Source of the DNA: Candidatus Krumholzibacteriia bacterium
GTDB taxonomy: Bacteria; Krumholzibacteriota; Krumholzibacteriia; WVZY01
DNA length: 34,268 nucleotides
NCBI GenBank assembly: GCA_036478295.1
Contig: JAZGDW010000125.1
Location: forward strand, 1-34,268
Direction of reading: 5' to 3'
Below are positions 15,788-24,341 of the stretch, in pieces. The first letter of the stretch is position 1; every line of letters begins with the position of its first letter. A program made the translations under genes and the position numbers. Under the pieces are notes generated by a model, which ran no database searches, was not told the DNA's origin, and saw nothing but the letters and a program-made list of their open reading frames with translations.

Positions 15788-17290
15788 ATGAATCATCCCG
15801 CTTCTTCGGGTCATTCCCACTTGTCGGGTCCTTCCGACCGTTCGGGTTCTGTAAACGCGTCAAGCTCTTCCGGCCGTTCGGATCTTGCCGGCGCCTCAGT
15901 CTCTTCTGGCCTATCGGATCTCTCCGGTCTCTCCGACCGGATTCTGCTATCCCGTATCAAGACGCTCCGTCAAAAAGAGCGCGCGATAACGCTGGCGCTC
16001 GTCCTGCATCTCATCGAAATCGAGCGGCGCCGGCTCTTTGGCGAGCTGGGCTACGGCTCGCTTTTTGATTACTGCATCCGCCACCTGAAGTACTCGGCCT
16101 CCGCCGCCGGCCGCCGCATCCAGACGGCCCGCTGCATCCGGCGCTTTCCCGAAGTCTATGATTTGCTGGCGCGCGGAGAGGTGAACCTGAGCACCGTTTC
16201 TCTGATCGCCCCGGTCCTGAGCGCGGAGAACAAGAAGACGCTCCTCACAGGCATCCGTCACAAGTCTCAGCGCGAGGTGGAAATGCTCGTGGCCGGGTAC
16301 CGTCCGCCGGTAGCGTTCCGGGATCGCGTGAGACCGGTGTGCGTCGCCGTGCCCCGATCTATAGGCAGTCCCACCCAACTGGGAGCTTGTGAAAAAAGTG
16401 ATTACTCCCGCAGCGGGAGTGGCAAAAGACCCAATGTTGCGTCCGCCGGTGACACCGCACCGGGTGATGAGATGGCACCGGGTAACGGCACCGCACCGAG
16501 CGGCGGCGCCGCACAGTACGACGGTGCCGGAACGGTCGCTGACACCGTACCAGCCGCTGACACCGTACCAGCCGCTGACACCACACAGGGCAACGGCACC
16601 GCGAACACGAACGCCTCGGTACCCGCGACACGGCTCGAGCGCAAGCTTTACATTCAATTCCTCGCCAGTGAGGCGTTTATGAAAAAGTACCAAGAGGCGC
16701 GCTCACTCCTCTCGAATCGCTATGCCAATGCGTCTTTCGAGACGGTGTTCGAGTCTCTCATCGACGAGTTTCTCGACCGGCGCAGTCCCCGGAGGCGCCA
16801 GGAGAGACGACAGGCGGGGCACGAGCGTCGCAGCGAGCGGAACCCGACAAACGGGCCGACAATGCCGAAAGTGACGCCAAAAAAACGAGCGGTAAAGAGC
16901 GCTCTGTCAAAACAAGATACCCCGACCGCGCCAGACGCGACGGCGGGTCCGGCCCAAAAGGGAGCTTGTGAAAAAAGTGATTACTCCCGCAGCGGGAGTG
17001 GCAAAAGACCCAAGGCAGCTCCCCATACCCAGAAGAGAAGCCGCCGCATTCCCGCTGCGGTCCGCGACAAAGTGTTCGTAAGGGACGGCGGCCGATGCAC
17101 CTACGTAGGGGGCGCCGGCACACGCTGCGGCTCCACCCACCGCCTCCAGGTCGACCATGTCACACCGTTCGCGCGGGGTGGTCCGAGTGCCGCCCAAAAC
17201 CTGCGGCTATTGTGCGCGGAGCACAACCGGCTGGCGGCCGAAAAATCGTTCGGAGCGGATCACATGAAGCGTTTTCGACGCAGGGAGTAG
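15788..17290 (+). CDS. Large HNH endonuclease (DUF222-like N-terminal region, C-terminal Zn-HNH)
   Basis: ERAITLALVLHLIEIERRRLFGELGYGSLFDYC N-domain; C-terminal RRIPAAVR..V..RDGGRC...C...LQVDHVTPFARGG...NLRLLCAEHN; GAGGAGG SD before ATG 15788. Confidence 0.88.
   Translation: MNHPASSGHSHLSGPSDRSGSVNASSSSGRSDLAGASVSSGLSDLSGLSDRILLSRIKTLRQKERAITLALVLHLIEIERRRLFGELGYGSLFDYCIRHLKYSASAAGRRIQTARCIRRFPEVYDLLARGEVNLSTVSLIAPVLSAENKKTLLTGIRHKSQREVEMLVAGYRPPVAFRDRVRPVCVAVPRSIGSPTQLGACEKSDYSRSGSGKRPNVASAGDTAPGDEMAPGNGTAPSGGAAQYDGAGTVADTVPAADTVPAADTTQGNGTANTNASVPATRLERKLYIQFLASEAFMKKYQEARSLLSNRYANASFETVFESLIDEFLDRRSPRRRQERRQAGHERRSERNPTNGPTMPKVTPKKRAVKSALSKQDTPTAPDATAGPAQKGACEKSDYSRSGSGKRPKAAPHTQKRSRRIPAAVRDKVFVRDGGRCTYVGGAGTRCGSTHRLQVDHVTPFARGGPSAAQNLRLLCAEHNRLAAEKSFGADHMKRFRRRE
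16381..17013 (+). repeat. Exact 54-bp in-frame direct repeat with palindromic core (copies 16381-16434 and 16960-17013)
   Basis: GGGAGCTTGTGAAAAAAGTGATTACTCCCGCAGCGGGAGTGGCAAAAGACCCAA twice, 579 bp apart. Confidence 0.95.
16448..16627 (+). repeat. About 10 degenerate 18-bp coding tandem repeats
   Basis: GDTAPG/DEMAPG/NGTAPS/.../ADTVPA/ADTVPA/ADTTQG/NGTANT hexapeptides; GCTGACACCGTACCAGCC is exactly duplicated. Confidence 0.75.
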
Positions 17291-17379
17291 CGGAGTTGCC
17301 CGCGGGACTGCGACAAGGCGATAGAATATGATGTTCGGAATGTGGCCGCACGTCGCGTTGCAGGCGGACGGGTGAACAA

Positions 17380-17474
17380 TGACAGCACACTGTCACTACG
17401 ACAGCATACTGTCACTCTGACAGCACACTGTCACTCTGGTAGTGTGCTGTCATTATGGTAGCATGCTGTCATTC
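17380..17474. repeat. Five 19-bp tandem units with palindromic core TGACAG-N4-CTGTCA
   Basis: Units start at 17380, 17399, 17418, 17437 and 17456. Confidence 0.9.
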
Positions 17475-17567
17475 CTCGCCTATCGGGAAAGCGCCGGTGA
17501 GTTCTAGTGACGCCTTTGTCTCCGCCACGGCGCATCCCACCAATCCATGATTCGCGTGACTCGAAGC

Positions 17568-18326
17568 TTACCGGTGGATCCAATCGTAGGTCAGGCCGAT
17601 CCCTGCGCCGTACTCGTTGTTGCTTTCCGACCGCCCCCACCGGAGGTTCGTATGTATCCTCCAGCTGGGGTGGACGAGGTAATCCAGCTTGAGCAACGCG
17701 CCGGGCCTGTCGTAGGTCCCGCCGGCACTTAGTCCCCACCACCAGCCGAATTCCGGTGTAATGCGGGTGCCGAGTCCCATGTCGAAATCCCCACCCCCCG
17801 AATAGATCGGCAGGTTTTCGAGCCAGCTCGTCGAAAAGTATGTTCTCTCATAAGCTCCAATACGCAGGTGCAGCGTTGGGTACACTTTGGAATCTGTCGA
17901 ACCGGCAACCCCGCCGCCGTAAAGTTTTCTCGTCGTGAAGGCGGCGCCGCCCCCGATTCCGAAACGCCTGGCTTCGACGGAAACATACGGGTTTACGTAG
18001 TACAGGCCCTTCTCCGCATCCGCGTTGGGATCCGAAAAATCCACAAAACGCCGGTGATCTTCCAGATACCCCCCCCGGACACCGATCGCCTGGGGTGTGC
18101 GAAACTTGTGGCTGATTTCCACGCCGATATCCTGAAACTCGTGTCGGTGCGTCTCGATGGGGTTGCCTTCGCAATCCCGGATGATGCGGACATACGAGCC
18201 GCCACCACCGCTTACCTTGAAGCTCGTCACCGAACTATCCGCCCGAAACTCGGCGCCGATCCCCATCGGGACTGCGATCAAGATACAGCGCCATACACGT
18301 GCGTTTTTGATTGTGTTTATCCACAT
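17568..18326 (-). CDS. Hypothetical protein, probable outer-membrane beta-barrel
   Basis: Gly/aromatic-rich amphipathic strands, ending YGAGIGLTYDWIHR; start (ATG 18326) uncertain. Confidence 0.65.
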   Translation of the reverse strand: MWINTIKNARVWRCILIAVPMGIGAEFRADSSVTSFKVSGGGGSYVRIIRDCEGNPIETHRHEFQDIGVEISHKFRTPQAIGVRGGYLEDHRRFVDFSDPNADAEKGLYYVNPYVSVEARRFGIGGGAAFTTRKLYGGGVAGSTDSKVYPTLHLRIGAYERTYFSTSWLENLPIYSGGGDFDMGLGTRITPEFGWWWGLSAGGTYDRPGALLKLDYLVHPSWRIHTNLRWGRSESNNEYGAGIGLTYDWIHR

Positions 18327-18383
18327 TGCAGTGTGGGCACCTAGTAGGTAAGGAAAGCGAGGTGACCGGCCAGCGTGCAGTCT

Positions 18384-18461
18384 AGTATACCGCACAATTT
18401 CCGACAAAAAAAGTTCGAAGATCGTTCACTTTGGGGAGTCAGATTCGATTTGAGGCTTCAA
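18384..18461 (-). promoter_or_regulatory. Upstream module, copy A (-10 TATACT plus conserved upstream block)
   Basis: 18397-18438 matches 19098-19139 at 36/42 nt; the -10 hexamer sits at the same offset in both copies. Confidence 0.65.
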
Positions 18462-18543
18462 ACGGCAGGCTTTGTTAAGGAGGCGGCTTCTCCTGGGCTG
18501 CTACATCTACGAGCGTGATCCACTCTCGGTCGCGCCCAGCGAT

Positions 18544-18927
18544 CTACGTGTTTTTTCCTTCATGCCGCTTCTCTTCGTCCCCAACCAAATACCTTACAGC
18601 TTCATCGTCGGTATCGAATGTTGTGAAGACACGGTTCAGCTGCGTGGTGATAAAGACAGTGTTAATCCTGTCGGTCACATGCGTAAGAACCATTTCTCCT
18701 CCGGCATTCTTAATGCTCGTAGAAGCACCCATAAGCATCCCGATACCCTTGCTGTTGGCCCATTTCACCTTGCGCAGGTTGACGATAATGTTCTTCTTAC
18801 CCTCACTGAGAGGCTCTTTAATAGAATCATGAAATTTCTTCGAATCCGGGCCTGGCCCACCCATCAAGTTCCCGTCAACATCCACGATAACGACTCCGTC
18901 AACTTCTCTTCGCTTCAACCTCAGCAT
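18544..18927 (-). CDS. STAS-domain anti-sigma factor antagonist
   Basis: VVIVDVDGNL...IIVNLRKVKWANSKGIGML (phospho-Ser motif)...ITTQLNRVF; AAGGAGG SD. Confidence 0.9.
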   Translation of the reverse strand: MLRLKRREVDGVVIVDVDGNLMGGPGPDSKKFHDSIKEPLSEGKKNIIVNLRKVKWANSKGIGMLMGASTSIKNAGGEMVLTHVTDRINTVFITTQLNRVFTTFDTDDEAVRYLVGDEEKRHEGKNT

Positions 18928-19084
18928 TTCTTCGCCCTCCTTAAAACGATACTTGCCGAAAACAGTTCTCCTCAGCAATAGTGATTCTACGGTATCGGAC
19001 GAGTAAGTGGTGGTCAGATGGGTGCGGGGTGTTCAACTACGCAGGGATACCGTTCGCCCAGTAAGCTGAAAGTGTTGAGGAATC

Positions 19085-19225
19085 AGTCTAACAAACTATT
19101 TCCGACAAAGAAAGGTCCAAGATCGTCCATTTTGAGGAGCGGATTGGATTTTCTGAGGAGCCAAATTGGATTTTCTGAGGAGCGGATTGGGTTTTCTGAG
19201 GAGTCAAATTGGATTGCGGCTTCAA
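19085..19225 (-). promoter_or_regulatory. Upstream module, copy B (extended -10 TGnTAGACT) containing a 4x 21/22-bp tandem expansion
   Basis: TGAGGAG at 19133, 19154, 19176 and 19197; homologous to 18384-18461. Confidence 0.7.
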
Positions 19226-19271
19226 CAGGAAAAGCTCTAAAGGGGTGGGTCGGGCCGATCGGCCCTGGGGT

Positions 19272-19970
19272 TTACCGTTGTTGTGACTTGAGGATCTTCG
19301 AGTCGGGGTGCTCCGCTACCCAGACGTGCCAGGGGCCGTAATGGGAAGGAACCCCGCGGAGCTTGCGGCCGGCATAGTGTCCGGCAACGCAGGTCAGATC
19401 ATTCGTCCCCTCCATGTGGAACCAGAAGCTCTCAGTCTCATGGTCGAAGAGCATGTGCTGGTTGTAGTAGGTCCACCCGCTCGTGGTGATTGTGAGCGCC
19501 CTGCCATCGATTTCACGGCTGTACACGGCAGCCAGATCGACCAGCGGTCAGTAGGCGACCGCGAGGTGCACGTCCCCGAAGCCGTCGTCCAGGACTTCGT
19601 TGCGTATGATGTCCGCGATCCCGTAAGCGCGCCTCTCTCCACCGAAGTCAACGGCGAGCACCTGCAGGGTAGCATCTTCTGGCGGGTAACTCCGGTCGCC
19701 CGGGGAGACCATCACCGGGTCGGTGATGGGGGGCCTCGCGTACGGTCCTTTGCTGGTCCCGAAATGACTGAGATCAAATTCGTAGTGAACGATCGCGTAG
19801 GTAAAGTCCCACCGCCTGCCGGTTGCGTCCTGGATGTAGAACGGTCCCGGCGGGGGTTCTTCGACCGGGTCGGTCGCAAAGCTGCAGCCGGAGATCGCAA
19901 GCGCGATCACGATAGAGAGCAATGCGCGCGAAGCGCGTCTTCTCGTTCGGGATGCGGAAAGTCGGTCCAT
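19272..19970 (-). CDS. DUF3179-family lipoprotein, probable selenoprotein (UGA at 19548-19550 read as Sec)
   Basis: ORFs 19548..19970 and 19272..19526 share a frame: ...RAYG...NEVLDD...AVAY-TGA-PLVDLAAVYSR...SGWTY...LFDHETESFW...W..W...HPDS; lipobox ISGC. Confidence 0.8.
19501..19547 (-). promoter_or_regulatory. Putative bacterial SECIS hairpin
   Basis: Directly after UGA: UCGAU lower stem / GGCUG-CCGUGUA-CAGCC upper stem-loop / AUCGA; the loop begins after a 19-nt spacer from UGA. Confidence 0.6.
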
Positions 19971-20120
19971 GGCTACCCTCGATTGCAGGCTGAGGTCTAC
20001 CCGACATTTCCCAGATCACGTCCCCGCAGGACCCCCCCACGCCATTCCACCCAACCCCCAAGCGTCCTAAGAAGAGTATAGCCGATCAAGCCCTTTCGCG
20101 GCCATTCTTTTTCGAGTGTC

Positions 20121-20250
20121 GCTTAACTTCAAACAGCGCCTTCGGTTACGACAGAACTTCAAGCAGGGCCTTGGTTTGCCGCTCAAATTCTTCGACCGCC
20201 ACTCAACTTCAAACAGTGCTTTCGGTTACCACTGAACTTCAAACCGTGCG
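20121..20250. repeat. Degenerate 30-bp tandem array (5 units, one shortened)
   Basis: AA(C/A)TTC anchors at 20125, 20155, 20185, 20205 and 20235; unit AACTTCAAACAG(C/T)GC(C/T)TTCGGTTAC. Confidence 0.8.
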
Positions 20251-20266
20251 AAATGCCGTTGTGTTG

Positions 20267-22402
20267 TCAACGACCCGGCAGCTCTTCGCCACTGCTGATG
20301 CGGATTCTCGCGTCGACCACCCGGCAGGCGGAACGGTCCGGCGTGACCATGACGGGGTTCATGTCGAGTTCGAGGATCTCGGGCCAATCGCTGACCATCT
20401 GCGCGAGGCGCTGAATCGATTCCTCGATAAACTCGATGTCGACTCGTTCGTCGCCTCGTACTCCCTCGAGCAGGGGATAAGACTTGATGCTGCGCACCAT
20501 CTCGCGCGCGTCGATATCTGTTACCGGCATCACGCGAAAAGCGATGTCTTTGATTATCTCCACGTACTTGCCCCCCATCCCGAACATCAGCACCGGACCG
20601 AATTTCGGGTCCGTGGTCATGCCGAAAATCACTTCCTTGCCCTCCTGGGCCATTTCCTGCACGAGAAATCCTTCGACCTCCCGGGAGACGCCCGCCCGCT
20701 CGAGCTTCTCCTGCATATCGGTGTGTGCGCGCGCCAGCATGTCCTGGTTCTTGATGCCGGTCACCACGCCTCCGATGTCGGATTTGTGGGTGATGTTCCT
20801 GCCGAACACCTTCAGCACCAATGGGTAACCGACGTCGGCGGTCGCCTGCAAAACGTCGCCGTCGGCAGGAAGGAAGCGCAGCCGGCACACCGGAAAACCG
20901 TACGATGCCAGGATGCGGTTTACCTGGTCGGGTGGCATGTAACCGCCCCCCGATGCCACGGCCTCCTTGACCATCCCGCGCACGGAGGGATCCTCCGGTT
21001 CGAACGTCTTCACTTGCCCCTCGGGCTGCTCCACCCACTTGCGCTGGCGGTCCATGGCGGCCAACGCCCTCACCGCAGATTCGGGGAAACGGTACACCGG
21101 GGGCGCATCCTTGAACCGGCGTGGGATCTCCTCGTAGAACTTTTCCTCGGCCATGACGACCGAGAACACCGGTTTGTCGTACTTGCGGGTAGCTTCGGTG
21201 ATTTTTTTGACCACCTCTCCGGGCTCCACCATGATCGGCGGCACGAAGATAGCGATGACGGCGTCAACGGCGTCATCGGCGAGCATGATGTCCAGCGCCC
21301 TGCCGTACTCATCGGCCCCCGCGCTGGCGATCATATCCACCGGGTTGCGCACGCTGGACTCCTCGGGGAGGAAGCTCCGGAGTTTCGTCTGCGTCTTGTC
21401 CGAGAGTGTCGCCAGAGCGAGGTCTTCGTTCACCAGCCGGTCGGTCGCCATGATGGCCGGGCCGCCCGCATTGGTCAGCACGCCGATACGGCCGCCCCTG
21501 GGCATCGGGTTCTTCGAGAACGCCAGTACGACGTCCATCATCTCCTGAATCGTGGATACGCGAATGACACCGCACTGATGAAGCAGCGCGTCGACCGCGA
21601 TCTCCAGGCCGGCCAGGTGACCGGTATGCGACGATGCAGCGCGCGCGCCCGCTGCCGTCGTGCCTGATTTGACGAGAATGATCGGTTTGCGTTTGGTAAT
21701 TTTTTTAGAAAGCTGAGTAAAACGCCGTGGCTCGCCAAAGGACTCCAGGTAGAGCGCAATGATTTTCGTATTTTCGTCTTTGTCCCAGTACTCGAGCAGG
21801 TCGTTGCCGGCGATGTCGAGCTTGTTGCCCACACTCACAAAATACGAGAGCCCCAGATCGAGCCTAGCGACGGCGAGCAGGATCGCCACGCCCAGCGCAC
21901 CGCTCTGGGTCATGAAGGCCATCGATCCGCTCTTGGGTTCGAGCGGTGCGAAGGTTGCGTTCATGCGCACGTTTTCCTCCGCGTTGATGACGCCCATGCA
22001 GTTCGGCCCCACGATCCTGAAGCCGTACTTCTCCTTGAGCGCAAGGAGTGCCTTCTCGCGCTTGACCCCCTCACCTCCGACCTCGCGGAAACCTGCGCTG
22101 ATGATGACCAGACCCTTGACGCCCCGCTCGCCGCATTCCTCGGCCACGCCCAGAACGTGCTCCTTGGGCACGATGATGATGGCGAGGTCGACCGGGTCGA
22201 CGATGCTCGACACCGTCGGGTGACACTTGATGCTCTTGATGAACTTGTGTTTCGGGTTGACGGGAAACACCATCCCGTTGAAACCGTAGCGGATGAGATT
22301 GTCGAGCAGTTCGTGCCCGATCGTGCCCCGGCGGGGCGATGCGCCGATAACCGCGATGGAAGACGGTTTGAAGATGGCGTCGAGCGAGTGGGGGGAACTC
22401 AT
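20267..22402 (-). CDS. Acetate/acyl-CoA ligase (ADP-forming), fused alpha-beta
   Basis: SIAVIGAS, IVGPNCMG, QSGALG, ASSHTG phospho-His, TNAGG, HKSDIGGV, DMNP...VVDARI. Confidence 0.93.
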   Translation of the reverse strand: MSSPHSLDAIFKPSSIAVIGASPRRGTIGHELLDNLIRYGFNGMVFPVNPKHKFIKSIKCHPTVSSIVDPVDLAIIIVPKEHVLGVAEECGERGVKGLVIISAGFREVGGEGVKREKALLALKEKYGFRIVGPNCMGVINAEENVRMNATFAPLEPKSGSMAFMTQSGALGVAILLAVARLDLGLSYFVSVGNKLDIAGNDLLEYWDKDENTKIIALYLESFGEPRRFTQLSKKITKRKPIILVKSGTTAAGARAASSHTGHLAGLEIAVDALLHQCGVIRVSTIQEMMDVVLAFSKNPMPRGGRIGVLTNAGGPAIMATDRLVNEDLALATLSDKTQTKLRSFLPEESSVRNPVDMIASAGADEYGRALDIMLADDAVDAVIAIFVPPIMVEPGEVVKKITEATRKYDKPVFSVVMAEEKFYEEIPRRFKDAPPVYRFPESAVRALAAMDRQRKWVEQPEGQVKTFEPEDPSVRGMVKEAVASGGGYMPPDQVNRILASYGFPVCRLRFLPADGDVLQATADVGYPLVLKVFGRNITHKSDIGGVVTGIKNQDMLARAHTDMQEKLERAGVSREVEGFLVQEMAQEGKEVIFGMTTDPKFGPVLMFGMGGKYVEIIKDIAFRVMPVTDIDAREMVRSIKSYPLLEGVRGDERVDIEFIEESIQRLAQMVSDWPEILELDMNPVMVTPDRSACRVVDARIRISSGEELPGR

Positions 22403-23094
22403 ACCTTTTCTCCTATATATATATATGCGATGCCGCCTGTCATTTTCTTTGCCTGGAAGTTCTCGAGCCCGGCAGATCGCACCAGGTCGTGAACTTCATC
22501 GCGTGAGAGAAAATCGCCGATGGACGACGCCAGGTAACGATACGCCTCGCGCGAGCCGGATACCAGGCCGCCTACGAAGGGGAGCACCCGGCGCAGGTAA
22601 ATATTGTACGCCCGGAGCCGCACACCACCCGCCGGCGGGCAGAATTCGAGAACGACGAGCTTGCCTCCCGGCTTGAGCACACGGGCCATTTCTGCAACGC
22701 CCTTCCGGTAATCGGGCAGGTTCCGCAGGCCGAAGGCAATGGTGACGGCGTCGAAGGATTCGCTGCGGAAAGGTAATTCGAGAACGTCGCTCTCGACGAG
22801 CCTGACCCGCCCGTTCAGTTTTTTCTTCTCTATCTTCTCCGCACCGTGGCGAAGCATCCCCCGCGACAGATCGACCCCGAACACCCACCGGCCACCCGGC
22901 CGGGCGGCGAATCCGATGGCCACATCGGCAGTACCGGTGCAGGCGTCGAGCACGCAGCCCCCGTCCGGGACTTCGGCCAGACGGATGAGGTCCCTTCGCC
23001 ACAGGCGGTCCACGTTCAGGCTCAGAACGTGATTGAGGAGATCGTAGGTCGGAGCGATCTCGCTGAACATCTCGGGTGTGTCGTGTTTTTGCAT
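22399..23094 (-). CDS. ubiE: UbiE/MenG-family (demethylmenaquinone) methyltransferase
   Basis: MFSEIAPTYDLLNHVLS...WR, LDACTGTAD, IAFGLRN, RVLKPGG, AYRYLASSI; true start at 23094, not 23586. Confidence 0.92.
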   Translation of the reverse strand: MQKHDTPEMFSEIAPTYDLLNHVLSLNVDRLWRRDLIRLAEVPDGGCVLDACTGTADVAIGFAARPGGRWVFGVDLSRGMLRHGAEKIEKKKLNGRVRLVESDVLELPFRSESFDAVTIAFGLRNLPDYRKGVAEMARVLKPGGKLVVLEFCPPAGGVRLRAYNIYLRRVLPFVGGLVSGSREAYRYLASSIGDFLSRDEVHDLVRSAGLENFQAKKMTGGIAYIYIGEKV

Positions 23095-23117
23095 GAAATC
23101 CCCGCGGGTGCGCGCGA

Positions 23118-24341
23118 TCAGTTGTTGAGCACGGTCCGCACCAACTCGTAGATCCTGCCGTCGACCAGCGCGCAGAAATAGAGTTCGCCCGCGGCGTCGA
23201 TACCGAACGACGAGATCAGCCGATCGGTGTCCTGCAGCAGGGTGTTGGCGGTCACACGTGCGCCGTCGTAACGAAGCGCCCATATTTCGCCGGTTTGAAA
23301 ATCGGCGTAGACGTACGCCCCCACCAGTTCGGGCAGCGCGCTGCCTCGGTAGACGAAACCGCCGGTGACGGAGCGGCCCTCCATCACCGGATGGGAATAC
23401 TCCCAGACGGGCGGCACGAGTCCCGTCATGTCGCACCCCGAGGTCGGTGGCAGGCAGATGCTCCCCTCCATAATATTCCAGCCGTAATTCTTGCCCTTTT
23501 CCACAAGATCTATCTCTTCGCGTGCGTTTTGCCCGACGTCCCCCACCCACAGTCGCTGGGTCGGCGGATCGAAGCTGAAGCGCCACGGATTCCTCAAGCC
23601 CCAGGCGAAGATCTCCTCGCGGTAACCCTGATTGTTACCCACGAAGGGATTATCCGCCGGTATACCATACGGCAGTGTGTCTACGTCTATGCGAAGGATT
23701 TTCCCCAGCAGGGTTGTCCGGGTCTGGCCGTTATTTTGTGGGTCGTTCCCGCTACCACCGTCGCCGACGGCGATATAGAGAAAACCATCCGGGCCGAACG
23801 AGATCTGCCCGCCGTTGTGGTTGGCGAAAGGCTGATCGATGTCCAGCACATCCACCTGACTCCCCGCAGCGGTCGTATCCGGATTGCCCGCGTCCGCCTG
23901 AAAACGCGACAACCGGGTCCTTAGCTGGCCAGTGGTGGAATAGTACACGAAGTAGTAGCCGTTACTCGCGAACTGCGGGTGAAACGCGAGCCCGAGCAGG
24001 CCTTGCTCGCGGCCGAAGGTCACGATGGAGGAAATGTCGAGGAAAACGGACGCGGTGCCGGCCGAGTCACTGTTTTCGAACACAAGTATCGTCCCGCGCT
24101 GCTCGACCACGAACAGCCGGTTGCTACCGTCGCCGGGGTCCTGCAGGTCCAGCGGCCGCCTGAACGTCAGGTTGGAAAACGCCACCGCGGCGTCAAAGCG
24201 CACCCCGGTCGGGTTGACCGTGTCATCACTGCTGCATGCGGCCAGGGCGTGCGCCACAAGCACGGCCGACACGGCCAACGTCCGGGACGCCCGCCATGTC
24301 GGGGAGGCCCAGCCGGGCCACCGCGCCTCGAACAATTTCAT
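23118..24341 (-). CDS. PQQ-dependent sugar dehydrogenase (glucose/sorbosone family) lipoprotein
   Basis: Lipobox LAAC; EQGLLGLAFHP, NHNGGQISFGPDG, GKILRID, GLRNPWRFSFD, NYGW. Confidence 0.92.
   Translation of the reverse strand: MKLFEARWPGWASPTWRASRTLAVSAVLVAHALAACSSDDTVNPTGVRFDAAVAFSNLTFRRPLDLQDPGDGSNRLFVVEQRGTILVFENSDSAGTASVFLDISSIVTFGREQGLLGLAFHPQFASNGYYFVYYSTTGQLRTRLSRFQADAGNPDTTAAGSQVDVLDIDQPFANHNGGQISFGPDGFLYIAVGDGGSGNDPQNNGQTRTTLLGKILRIDVDTLPYGIPADNPFVGNNQGYREEIFAWGLRNPWRFSFDPPTQRLWVGDVGQNAREEIDLVEKGKNYGWNIMEGSICLPPTSGCDMTGLVPPVWEYSHPVMEGRSVTGGFVYRGSALPELVGAYVYADFQTGEIWALRYDGARVTANTLLQDTDRLISSFGIDAAGELYFCALVDGRIYELVRTVLNN

Noticed and set aside
18384..19225. Duplicated module as integron attC sites (GTTAGAC on the minus strand at 19086-19092)
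   Set aside because: No complementary R'' box or internal palindrome, copy A lacks GTT, and there is no integrase
19272..19970. DUF3179 as a nonsense pseudogene or two genes
   Set aside because: The single stop is TGA exactly at the conserved Cys, followed by a hairpin, and both halves look intact. Not fully excluded without seeing sel genes
20022..20059. G-tract cluster (minus strand) as a G-quadruplex in the DUF3179 leader
   Set aside because: Loops are long and irregular, and such tracts are expected by chance at this GC content
14277..20250. Tandem arrays as CRISPR arrays
   Set aside because: Units are contiguous or have mutually homologous spacers, repeats are degenerate, and no cas genes are present
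22413..22426. (TA)n tract as a phase-variation switch
   Set aside because: Encodes AYIYI at the normal UbiE C-terminus of a housekeeping gene
23095..23586. N-terminal extension of the UbiE ORF in the track
   Set aside because: Overlaps the PQQ dehydrogenase in another frame; UbiE homology starts at ATG 23094
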